64,000 nucleotides of DNA from Eledone cirrhosa (taxonomy: Eukaryota), in the NCBI GenBank assembly GCA_964016885.1, contig OZ024742.1, positions 149,792,001 through 149,856,000 on the forward strand, read 5' to 3'. This document shows positions 12,127 to 23,465 of the stretch, one piece after another; within the stretch, counting starts at the first letter, position 1; every line of letters starts with the position of its first letter. The position numbers and the translations under genes were made by a program. Under the pieces are notes generated by a model that ran no database searches, had not been told where the DNA came from, and saw only the letters and a program-made list of their open reading frames with translations.

Positions 12127-14170
12127 ATCATCATCATCATCATCATCGTTTAACGTCCGTGTTCCACGCTTGCATGGGTTTGGACGGGAGTTTTCCCACT
12201 TGAGGCAAGAGTGGTTATCTTGCTCGCATAGGACTATCTGGCGGGTTTTCTACAGCTGGATGCCCTTCCTAACACCAACCACATTTACAGTGTGGGGCTG
12301 GGAGGTTTTTACCATGTTGATTGCACGGCCACATTACAGCGTGAACTGTGTGTTTTTTTTACATGACACCTACACGATCTCATTTGTTTCGGCCTGGATG
12401 TTGTGGCACCAACATAACTTTACATTGAAAGGGGCGGTGTGGATGGGGTGGGGGTAGTGGGACGGGGTGTATTTTGTTAGAGATGCCTACTGACTGTAGT
12501 AGGTTTTACTTTGTATTTAGGTAAGGCGGGTCTTCTCTATTACTGAGTGCCGCCAAAGGTCTCGGTCCAGTGACATTGTCTTGGTGAGGTGTAAGTGTGT
12601 GAGGTCGGAATTTATCAGCTCGTCCCAGGTTTTTCTGGGTCTGCCTATTCCGTGACTACCGTCTATCTTTATTGCCCTGCACTTTGTTATACAGCTATCG
12701 TCCTTCATGCGCATCACGTGACCATACCAACGTAGCCTTCTCTCGAGTAAACAACATCTGATCCCTCTTATTTCTAATTTTTTCCTTAGTTTGTTTATGC
12801 TTTGCCGTTCACGTATATTACTATTACACATCCAGCGGAGCATGCAAGCTTCGTTTCTCTCTAGTCTGCGTATATCCTCTGCACACAATGCCCAGGTCTC
12901 ACTGCCATGCAACATTGCTGTTCGTATGCAGGCATCGTACAACCTGCCTTTCATTTTTAGGGAGAACCCTTTAGCGGCTAATAGTGGTATGAGCTCTCTG
13001 AACTTTTTCCACCCAGTTCTGACTCTAGCTACTGTACTTTCAGAGCACCCTCCCCCACTGCTGATTTTGTCACCCAGGTAACGGAAGCTGTCCACTATTT
13101 CTATAGAACCCTCTGCGCAGTCGAAAGAGCTAGTAATTTTTGGGCACTTGCTGCTACTTATTGCCCCAGAACACCGGCCACATGTAAAATCTATGTTCTT
13201 AGTTAGCTTACCTGTGATCCCACTACATCTTTTATGCACCCAAACTTTGCATTTGGGACACAAAATGGAGTTTCTACCTACGCCTTTCCTACACTCTGAG
13301 CATGGCCACTTCCCGGAGGGGACTGCTGCCTTATTTTCTTTCTTACAAACTAGAACTTTAGTCTTAGCCAGGTTAATTTTAAGGCCTTTTGATTCTAGGC
13401 CGTGCTTCCATGTTTGGAATTTCTTCTCTAGCTCGGCCATTGATTCAGCTATGAGCGTTAGATCATCTGCGTATAGGAGTTCCCATGGGCAGCTGGTCTT
13501 GAACTCCACTGTTATAGCCTGGAGGGCAATAATAAATAGTAGGGGGCTAAGAACAGAGCCCTGATGAACACCAACTTTTACACTAAACTCTTCACTATAT
13601 TCGTGGTTAATTCTAACCTTGCTGACTGTTTCTTTATACATGGCTTGTATAGCTCTCACAAGCCATTCATCAACACCTAGTTTTCTAAGAGCCCACCAGA
13701 TAATGGAACGGGGGACTCTGTCGAAGGCTTTCTCCAAGTCCACGAAAGCTAAGTATAGGAGTTTACTTTTAGCTAGGTACTTCTCCTGTAGTTGTCGTAC
13801 AATGAAAAGAGCGTCTGTGGTACTTTTTCCTGACACAAACCCAAACTGCATTTCATCTAGATCAATTCGCTCTCTGATTAGTTGCGCTATTACTTTTTCC
13901 GTGACCTTCATGACCTGGTCGATTAATTTAATGCCTCTATAGTTACTCCTATCTAGGGCATCTCCTTTACCCTTATAACAGTTAACGATGATGCTGCTAC
14001 GCCAGTCCTTCGGAACAGCCCCATTCTGTATGACATGGTTGATTATCCGGGTGACCATGGTGTGTCCCACCGTACCAGATGCCTTCAGCATCTCGGCAAC
14101 TATTTCCAAAGGCCCAGCCGCCTTACCCGTCTTCATATCTTTGATTGCCTTACTTATTACACCCCCGTCC
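12127..14170 (-). mobile_element. 5'-truncated RTE-clade LINE, family B (variant Y), left arm of head-to-head dimer 1
   Basis: Open RT ORF plus ~390-bp 3' UTR ending in (GAT)n at ~12127. Confidence 0.9.
12517..14170 (-). CDS. Partial RTE ORF (RT + internal PHD finger + C-terminal domain); no true start
   Basis: [73 protein letters not shown]. The first residues of the listed 557-aa ORF come from the inverted UTR arm. Confidence 0.85.
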
Positions 14171-14489
14171 AACACCCCCACCCCATACACACCGCCCCCT
14201 TCTATGTAAAGTTATGTTGGTGCCACACCATCCAGGCTGAAACAATGAGATCGTGTAGGTGTCACGACAAAAAAAATACACAGTCCACGCTGTAATGTGG
14301 CCGTGTAGGCAACATAAAGTAAAAACCTCCCAGACCCACACTGTAAATGTGGTTGGTGTTAGGAAGGGCATCCAACTATAGAAAACCTGCCAGACAGTCC
14401 TATGCGAGCAAGACAATCACTCTTGCCTCAAGTGGGAAAACCCATGCAAGCGTGGAACACGGACGTTAAACGTTGATGATGATGATGAT
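14158..14489 (+). mobile_element. RTE family B 3' UTR only (variant X), right arm of head-to-head dimer 1
   Basis: Reverse-complement match to ~12127-12470, ending ggacgttaaacgttgatgatgatg. Confidence 0.9.
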
Positions 14490-14677
14490 ACATACATATA
14501 TATACATATATATACATATATATATACATATATACACACACATATATATATATATACATATATACACATATATATACACATATATACACATATATATACA
14601 TATATACACATATATATACATATATACACATATATATACATATATACACATATATATACATATACACATATATATAC

Positions 14678-17600
14678 ATCTGAAAATATTGAAGAGATAA
14701 GACACTTTGCCATTCTTCTCTGCTAAAATGTACCACTGAGCTGATTCAAATTTTCCCAGCCAGCCATCCACCTAATCTACGAAGGTATTTTAGCCTACAT
14801 ATTGTCGTTAATATTATGATGTTCCCTGCTGTATTAGCGTTAAATTTTCCCTGCTGTATTAGCGATAAATTTTCGAGGGTTTCTCTTAGTAGCTTTTTCA
14901 TGTCGTTAATATTATGATGTTCCCTGCTGTATTAGCGTTAAATTTTCCCTGCTGTATTAGCGATAAATTTTCGAGGGTTTCTCTTAGTAGCTTTTTCATG
15001 TCGTTAATATTATGATGTTCCCTGCTGTATTAGCGTTAAATTTTCCCTGCTGTATTAGCGATAAATTTTCGAGGGTTTCTCTTAGTAGCTTTTTCATGTC
15101 GTTATTATTGTTAATTTTACTGATGTAGTATTAACTTATTAACTTGGATATTTACCATGCGGTATTCTAATCCTATTGTATCTCTCTCAGTTATTTACCA
15201 TGCGACCCTCAGTTCCTACCCCCCCCCCCCTCTATGCACTTCTTTAAGGCTTACTACCCTGTCTTTAACCTAATTCATTCAATCTGAAAATATTGAAGAG
15301 ATAAGACACTTTGCCATTCTTCTCTGCTAAAATGTACCACTGAGCTGATTCAAATTTTCCCAGCCAGCCATCCACCTAATCTACGAAGGTATTTTAGCCT
15401 ACATATTGTCGTTAATATTATGATGTTCCCTGCTGTATTAGCGTTAAATTTTCCCTGCTGTATTAGCGATAAATTTTCGAGGGTTTCTCTTAGTAGCTTT
15501 TTCATGTCGTTAATATTATGATGTTCCCTGCTGTATTAGCGTTAAATTTTCCCTGCTGTATTAGCGATAAATTTTCGAGGGTTTCTCTTAGTAGCTTTTT
15601 TCATGACGTTATTATTGTTAATTTTACTGATGTAGTATTAACTTATTAACTTGGATATTTACCATGCGGTATTCTAATCCTATTGTATCTCTCTCAGTTA
15701 TTTACCATGCGACCCTCAGTTCCTACCCCCCCCCCCTCTATGCACTTCTTTAAGGCTTACTACCCTGTCTTTAACCTAATTCATTCAATCTGAAAATATT
15801 GAAGAGATAAGACACTTTGCCATTCTTCTCTGCTAAAATGTACCACTGAGCTGATTCAAATTTTCCCAGCCAGCCATCCACCTAATCTACGAAGGTATTT
15901 TAGCCTACATATTGTCGTTAATATTATGATGTTCCCTGCTGTATTAGCGTTAAATTTTCCCTGCTGTATTAGCGATAAATTTTCGAGGGTTTCTCTTAGT
16001 AGCTTTTTCATGTCGTTAATATTATGATGTTCCCTGCTGTATTAGCGTTAAATTTTCCCTGCTGTATTAGCGATAAATTTTCGAGGGTTTCTCTTAGTAG
16101 CTTTTTCATGTCGTTAATATTATGATGTTCCCTGCTGTATTAGCGTTAAATTTTCCCTGCTGTATTAGCGATAAATTTTCGAGGGTTTCTCTTAGTAGCT
16201 TTTTTCATGACGTTATTATTGTTAATTTTACTGATGTAGTATTAACTTATTAACTTGGATATTTACCATGCGGTATTCTAATCCTATTGTATCTCTCTCA
16301 GTTATTTACCATGCGCCCCTCAGTTCCTACCCCCCCCCCCCCTCTATGCACTTCTTTAAGGCTTACTACCCTGTCTTTAACCTAATTCATTCAATCTGAA
16401 AATATTGAAGAGATAAGACACTTTGCCATTCTTCTCTGCTAAAATGTACCACTGAGCTGATTCAAATTTTCCCAGCCAGCCATCCACCTAATCTACGAAG
16501 GTATTTTAGCCTACATATTGTCGTTAATATTATGATGTTCCCTGCTGTATTAGCGTTAAATTTTCCCTGCTGTATTAGCGATAAATTTTCGAGGGTTTCT
16601 CTTAGTAGCTTTTTCATGTCGTTAATATTATGATGTTCCCTGCTGTATTAGCGTTAAATTTTCCCTGCTGTATTAGCGATAAATTTTCGAGGGTTTCTCT
16701 TAGTAGCTTTTTCATGTCGTTAATATTATGATGTTCCCTGCTGTATTAGCGTTAAATTTTCCCTGCTGTATTAGCGATAAATTTTCGAGGGTTTCTCTTA
16801 GTAGCTTTTTTCATGACGTTATTATTGTTAATTTTACTGATGTAGTATTAACTTATTAACTTGGATATTTACCATGCGGTATTCTAATCCTATTGTATCT
16901 CTCTCAGTTATTTACCATGCGACCCTCAGTTCCTACCCCCCCCCCCCCTCTATGCACTTCTTTAAGGCTTACTACCCTGTCTTTAACCTAATTCATTCAA
17001 TCTGAAAATATTGAAGAGATAAGACACTTTGCCATTCTTCTCTGCTAAAATGTACCACTGAGCTGATTCAAATTTTCCCAGCCAGCCATCCACCTAATCT
17101 ACGAAGGTATTTTAGCCTACATATTGTCGTTAATATTATGATGTTCCCTGCTGTATTAGCGTTAAATTTTCCCTGCTGTATTAGCGATAAATTTTCGAGG
17201 GTTTCTCTTAGTAGCTTTTTCATGTCGTTAATATTATGATGTTCCCTGCTGTATTAGCGTTAAATTTTCCCTGCTGTATTAGCGATAAATTTTCGAGGGT
17301 TTCTCTTAGTAGCTTTTTCATGTCGTTAATATTATGATGTTCCCTGCTGTATTAGCGTTAAATTTTCCCTGCTGTATTAGCGATAAATTTTCGAGGGTTT
17401 CTCTTAGTAGCTTTTTTCATGACGTTATTATTGTTAATTTTACTGATGTAGTATTAACTTATTAACTTGGATATTTACCATGCGGTATTCTAATCCTATT
17501 GTATCTCTCTCAGTTATTTACCATGCGACCCTCAGTTCCTACCCCCCCCTCTATGCACTTCTTTAAGGCTTACTACCCTGTCTTTAACCTAATTCATTCA

Positions 17601-18697
17601 ATCTGAAAATATTGAAGAGATAAGACACTTTGCCATTCTTCTCTGCTAAAATGTACCACTGAGCTGATTCAAATTTTCCCAGCCAGCCATCCACCTAATC
17701 TACGAAGGTATTTTAGCCTACATATTGTCGTTAATATTATGATGTTCCCTGCTGTATTAGCGTTAAATTTTCCCTGCTGTATTAGCGATAAATTTTCGAG
17801 GGTTTCTCTTAGTAGCTTTTTCATGTCGTTAATATTATGATGTTCCCTGCTGTATTAGCGTTAAATTTTCCCTGCTGTATTAGCGATAAATTTTCGAGGG
17901 TTTCTCTTAGTAGCTTTTTCATGTCGTTAATATTATGATGTTCCCTGCTGTATTAGCGTTAAATTTTCCCTGCTGTATTAGCGATAAATTTTCGAGGGTT
18001 TCTCTTAGTAGCTTTTTTCATGACGTTATTATTGTTAATTTTACTGATGTAGTATTAACTTATTAACTTGGATATTTACCATGCGGTATTCTAATCCTAT
18101 TGTATCTCTCTCAGTTATTTACCATGCGACCCTCAGTTCCTACCCCCCCCCCCCCTCTATGCACTTCTTTAAGGCTTACTACCCTGTCTTTAACCTAATT
18201 CATTCAATCTGAAAATATTGAAGAGATAAGACACTTTGCCATTCTTCTCTGCTAAAATGTACCACTGAGCTGATTCAAATTTTCCCAGCCAGCCATCCAC
18301 CTAATCTACGAAGGTATTTTAGCCTACATATTGTCGTTAATATTATGATGTTCCCTGCTGTATTAGCGTTAAATTTTCCCTGCTGTATTAGCGATAAATT
18401 TTCGAGGGTTTCTCTTAGTAGCTTTTTCATGTCGTTAATATTATGATGTTCCCTGCTGTATTAGCGTTAAATTTTCCCTGCTGTATTAGCGATAAATTTT
18501 CGAGGGTTTCTCTTAGTAGCTTTTTCATGTCGTTAATATTATGATGTTCCCTGCTGTATTAGCGTTAAATTTTCCCTGCTGTATTAGCGATAAATTTTCG
18601 AGGGTTTCTCTTAGTAGCTTTTTTCATGACGTTATTATTGTTAATTTTACTGATGTAGTATTAACTTGGATATTTACCATGCGACCCTCAGTTCCTA
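14678..18697 (+). repeat. Hierarchical tandem array: ~600-bp monomers containing 98-bp subrepeats containing a 25-bp duplication
   Basis: Monomer starts (atctgaaaatattg) at 14678, 15282, 15788, 16394, 17000, 17601, 18207. Monomer 2 has two rather than three 98-bp subunits; others differ mainly in homopolymer lengths. Confidence 0.95.
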
Positions 18698-18942
18698 CCT
18701 CACAATTTCCCTCCCCCCCACCCCCACACACCACCATAGTCTATTCGACCAATCAAACCTAGCATGCCATTTCCACTGCTGCTGCTGCTACTACCTGCCT
18801 AACTAACTCTCTCCTCCTCTGGCGCATCCCAACACACCCTGCCATTACCCCACCACCACTGTCCTTCTAGCCCTCAATTTTCCCACCGTTAGGGATGGAT
18901 GAGCTGGGAATACACGAGCAACTCTGAATCAATAGATGAAAT

Positions 18943-21900
18943 ATGAATCTGCGAGCTACCAAGCACCCACGTGAAGCGCCAACCCAGAGACCCTCCCCTA
19001 CGAGTGTCGACAAATGCCCAAAACTCCGAGTTGGTACCATCAATGTAGGCTCAATGAAAGGAAGAGCAGGAGAAATCGTAGAAATGCTAGAGCGAAAGGA
19101 AGTTGATGTATGCTGTGTGCAAGAGACTAGATGGAGAGGAGGGTCTGCTAGAGTCCTTGTAGGAAAAAGCCAGTGCTACAAATTTTTCTGGGTGGGAAAT
19201 GACGATGGGATGGGTGGTGTAGGTATACTATTAGCTGACAAGTGGGTAGATAAAGTAATCTCAGTGTACAGGGTAAATGCAAGAATCATTAAACTCAGAC
19301 TAGTCCTGAATAAGACAATTACCACAATAATATCAGCTTACGCACCCCAATCGGGGCTGCCAGACGAACTTAAGGATAGGTTTTACGAGTCCCTAATACA
19401 CACTACTGCTCTAACAGACGACAAGGACTTCCTAATCATTGCAGGAGATTTTAACGGACACGTAGGTAAACACTGCGACGGCTTCAATAGAGTACATGGA
19501 GGCCATGGAGTTGGCACAAGGAATGAGGAAGGATTCAGACTTCTAGAATTCTGCGACGCCAATGACATGTCGATATGTAACACAAACTTTAAAAAACCCG
19601 ACAACCACCTGATCACCTATAGATCAGGGGAGCACTCTAGTCAGTTAGATTTTATCCTCATCAGAGGACGTGACAGATGGACGGTCGTAAACACAAAAGC
19701 CTTCCCTAGTGAGGAATGTACATCCCAACATAGCTTAGTTGTCAGCGACCTCACGGTCAGAACTAGACGAGCCCTGAAACAGAGGCCAACCTGGAGAAGA
19801 AAGATCTGGAAGCTGAAAGTCCCCTCAACCAGTAACAGATTTAAAGATATTTTACTCAACGCCTACGACAGTAAAGAAGAACAGATAGAGACATTTAACG
19901 TAGAAGAGAACTGGGAGTTCCTAAAAAATAACTTACTAGAGGCGACGGATGAGGTTTGTGGCTGGAGTAAGACCTCAAGCAGGAGGAGAGTGACTTGGTG
20001 GTGGAACAATAAGGTAGATGAAGCAGTCAAGGCCAAGAGACAGGCATGGAAAGAATGGAAGAACGGGGGGAGCAGGGTACATTACATAGAGACCAAGAGG
20101 GAAGCTAGGCGACAAGTATACTTAGCTAGGAGGGAAGCAGAGGATAGAAAATTCAAGCATGTTTTACAACGTGAGGACCAGAAACAGGAGGTATTCAAGA
20201 TTGCGAGGCAGTGTGTCAGAGATAGTTGTGATGTCATTGGAGAGAAGTGTATCCGGAATGATAAAGGTGAGCTTGCCCTCACAAGTGCTGAGAAGAAAGA
20301 TGCATGGAAGAGTCATTATGATAGATTACTAAATGAGGAGAATGCATGGGAAGAAGAGACCCTACCCCACGTAGACCCTATAGAGGGACCAGCAGTACAA
20401 GTCAGCGGCAGCGTAGTAAGTAAGGCAATCAGAGATATGAAGATAGGGAAGGCAACCGGTCCATCGGGTATAGCTGCCGAGATGCTGAAGGCATCTGGGT
20501 CTGTAGGTCACACTATAACCACACGTATCGTTAACCAGGTAATACTAGAGGGGGCCATACCAAAAGATTGGTGCAGTAGCATCATTGTCAACTGCTACAA
20601 AGGTAAAGGCGATGCACTAGATAGAGGAAACTATAGAGGTATAAAGTTGATGGACCAGGTCATGAAAGTAACAGAAAGAGTTATAGCACAGCTGATTAGG
20701 GACCGGGTGAATATAGACGAGATGCAATTTGGGTTTGTACCAGGGAAAGGCACCACTGATGCGCTCTTCCTTGTGAGGCAATTACAGGAAAAGTACCTAG
20801 CTAAAAGTAAGCCACTCTACTTGGCATTTGTCGACCTTGAGAAAGCCTTTGACAGAGTTCCACGTGCAGTAATCTGGTGGGCTCTTAGAAAACTAGGAGT
20901 AGATGAATGGCTTGTGAAAGCGGTACAAGCCATGTATAGGGGAGCAGTCAGCAAAGTTAGGATTGGCAATGAGTATAGCGAGGAATTTAGCGTACAGGTT
21001 GGGGTCCACCAGGGCTCTGTTCTTAGCCCTCTCCTGTTCATCATAGTCCTGCAGGCAATAACGGAGGAGTTTAAGACCGGATGCCCATGGGAACTCCTGT
21101 ATGCTGATGACCTCGCACTCATAGCTGAATCTATGGTAGAACTAGAGAATAAATTCCAAACCTGGAAGCAGGGACTAGAGAGAAAGGGCCTCAAAGTCAA
21201 CATGACAAAGACTAAGGTCCTTATAAGTAGACGAGAAAACAGAACCCAGATCCCCTCAGGGAAATGGCCTTGCTCAGTATGTAGGAAAGGTGTAGGTAGG
21301 AACTCCATTCTTTGCCCCAAATGCAAACAATGGGTACACAAGAGATGTAGCGGGATCTCAGGAAGCTTAATTAAGAATGTAGGATTCACATGCAGCAGCT
21401 GTGCTGAAACAGCAAGCAAACAGCCACAGGAAACAAGTACCACCAATCTCTGGGAGGGCCCTGTAGAAACAGTAGACAGCTTCTGCTACCTAGGTGACCG
21501 AATTAGCAACGGAGGTGGGTGCTCAGAAAGTACAATAACTAGGGTAAGAACGGGATGGAAGAAGTTTAGGGAACTACTACCACTGCTAGCTGCAAAAGGC
21601 TTCTCCCTCAGAATGAAAGGCAGACTGTATGATGCGTGTATCCGAACAGCGATGTTGCATGGTAGTGAGACCTGGGCGCTGAAGGTGGAAGACTTACGTA
21701 GATTAGAGAGAAACGAAGCCTGCATGCTCCGATGGATGTGTAACAGTAATATACGTGAACGACAAAGCATAAATGAATTGAGAGAGAGACTGAGCATAAG
21801 AGGAATCAAATGCTGCGTGCAGGAGAGGCGGTTACGCTGGTATGGACATGTGATGCGTATGAAGGATGACAGCTGCATAAAAAGGTGCAGAGCACTAGAA

Positions 21901-22062
21901 GTTGATGGAAACCGCGGAGTGGGGAGACCCAAGATGACTTGGGATGAGGTGATAAAAGCCGACCTTACCCAACTACACCTCTCAAAGTCAATGACACACG
22001 ACCGTGACTTCTGGCGTCACGCAGTAATACAGGGTACCCGACCTCCCATGGGTACATGCTGA
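18943..22062 (+). CDS. RTE-clade LINE protein: APE endonuclease + reverse transcriptase with inserted PHD finger
   Basis: GTINVGSM, CCVQETRW, AYAPQ, AGDFNGH, SQLDFIL, SQH (APE); NYRGIKL, DLEKAFD, QGSVLSP, YADD, FCYLG (RT); C4HC3 at 21271-21402; no stops or frameshifts. Confidence 0.95.
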   Translation: MNLRATKHPREAPTQRPSPTSVDKCPKLRVGTINVGSMKGRAGEIVEMLERKEVDVCCVQETRWRGGSARVLVGKSQCYKFFWVGNDDGMGGVGILLADKWVDKVISVYRVNARIIKLRLVLNKTITTIISAYAPQSGLPDELKDRFYESLIHTTALTDDKDFLIIAGDFNGHVGKHCDGFNRVHGGHGVGTRNEEGFRLLEFCDANDMSICNTNFKKPDNHLITYRSGEHSSQLDFILIRGRDRWTVVNTKAFPSEECTSQHSLVVSDLTVRTRRALKQRPTWRRKIWKLKVPSTSNRFKDILLNAYDSKEEQIETFNVEENWEFLKNNLLEATDEVCGWSKTSSRRRVTWWWNNKVDEAVKAKRQAWKEWKNGGSRVHYIETKREARRQVYLARREAEDRKFKHVLQREDQKQEVFKIARQCVRDSCDVIGEKCIRNDKGELALTSAEKKDAWKSHYDRLLNEENAWEEETLPHVDPIEGPAVQVSGSVVSKAIRDMKIGKATGPSGIAAEMLKASGSVGHTITTRIVNQVILEGAIPKDWCSSIIVNCYKGKGDALDRGNYRGIKLMDQVMKVTERVIAQLIRDRVNIDEMQFGFVPGKGTTDALFLVRQLQEKYLAKSKPLYLAFVDLEKAFDRVPRAVIWWALRKLGVDEWLVKAVQAMYRGAVSKVRIGNEYSEEFSVQVGVHQGSVLSPLLFIIVLQAITEEFKTGCPWELLYADDLALIAESMVELENKFQTWKQGLERKGLKVNMTKTKVLISRRENRTQIPSGKWPCSVCRKGVGRNSILCPKCKQWVHKRCSGISGSLIKNVGFTCSSCAETASKQPQETSTTNLWEGPVETVDSFCYLGDRISNGGGCSESTITRVRTGWKKFRELLPLLAAKGFSLRMKGRLYDACIRTAMLHGSETWALKVEDLRRLERNEACMLRWMCNSNIRERQSINELRERLSIRGIKCCVQERRLRWYGHVMRMKDDSCIKRCRALEVDGNRGVGRPKMTWDEVIKADLTQLHLSKSMTHDRDFWRHAVIQGTRPPMGTC

Positions 22063-22937
22063 AGCATATAAACAATATGCCCCCCCCCCCACCGCAAGGT
22101 GGTCGTGGAGGTGCCACGGCAAAAAAGCACCCAGCCCACACTGTAAAGTGGACGTGTAGGCGCCACGAAAAAGCACCCAGCACTCACTGTAAATGAGGTT
22201 GGTGTTAGGAAGGGCATCCAGCTGTAGAAATCAAGCCAGATCAGTTCCTGTATGAGCAAGGCATGGTCAGCCGACCAGACACTGCCCACAACAGGACAAC
22301 CCGTCTAACCCATGCTAGCGTGGAAGAACGGACGTAAAACGGTGATGATGATGATGATGATACACATATATATACATATACACATATATATATATATACA
22401 CATATATATATATATACACATATATATATATATACACATATATATATATACACATATATATATATATACACATATATATATATATACACATATATACATA
22501 TACACATATATATATATATATACACATATATACATATATACACATATATACATATATACACATATATACATATATATATATACACATATATATATATATA
22601 CACATATATATATATATATATATACACATATATATATATATACACATATATATATATATACACATATATACATATATATATACATATATATATATACACA
22701 TATATATATATACATATATATATATACATATATATACATATATATATACACATATATATATACATATATATATATACACATATATATATATATATATATG
22801 TATATACACATATATATATAGATATACACATATATATATATATGGATATACACATATATATATATATGGATATACACATATATATATATATGGATATACA
22901 CACACATATATATATATATAAATATATCCACATATAT

Positions 22938-23151
22938 AGGCATGTGGCTGAGTGGTTAGAGAACTGGATTCACAATCGTGAGATTGTCAGTTCAATTCCT
23001 GGACCAGGCGATGCGTTATGTCCTTGAGCAAGACACTTTATTTCACGTTGCTCCTTCTACCTGGAGTTGCGACTGATAGATTAGCAATTGGAAAGACCAA
23101 CGGAAACATTGTTTCTTTGGTCCTGAATTTGACGAAAGTCGATCGACTAAG
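22938..23151 (+). mobile_element. tRNA-CORE SINE (different subfamily and tail)
   Basis: TGGCTGAGTGG A box, AGTTCAATTCC B box, tccttgagcaagacactttatttcac CORE start; tail resembles 147-210. Confidence 0.7.
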
Positions 23152-23169
23152 ATATATATATATATATAT

Positions 23170-23232
<63 letters not shown>

Positions 23233-23295
23233 CACATATATATATATATACACATATATATATATATATATATATACACATACACATATATATAT

Positions 23296-23334
<39 letters not shown>

Positions 23335-23369
23335 TATATATATATACACATACACATATATATATATAT

Positions 23370-23448
<79 letters not shown>

Positions 23449-23465
23449 TATATACATATATATAT

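Larger units (their letters stand above)
14678..22360 (+). mobile_element. Apparently full-length RTE-clade LINE, family A (~7.7 kb including 5' monomer array)
   Basis: Tandem array runs directly into a unique ~250-bp leader, an intact 1039-aa ORF, ~280-bp 3' UTR and (GAT)n tail; flanked on both sides by TA/CA microsatellite. Inclusion of the array in the element is inferred from continuity. Confidence 0.8.

Noticed and set aside
14678-18697. CRISPR-like array
   Set aside because: Intervening sequences are identical rather than unique spacers; eukaryotic context, no cas genes.
18541-18762. 73-aa ORF as LINE ORF1
   Set aside because: Starts inside a 98-bp subrepeat and has no recognisable domain; at most a uORF.
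23018-23465. N-terminal extension of the 939-aa ORF as a chimeric protein
   Set aside because: Made of SINE and microsatellite sequence that is fortuitously in frame with the truncated LINE.
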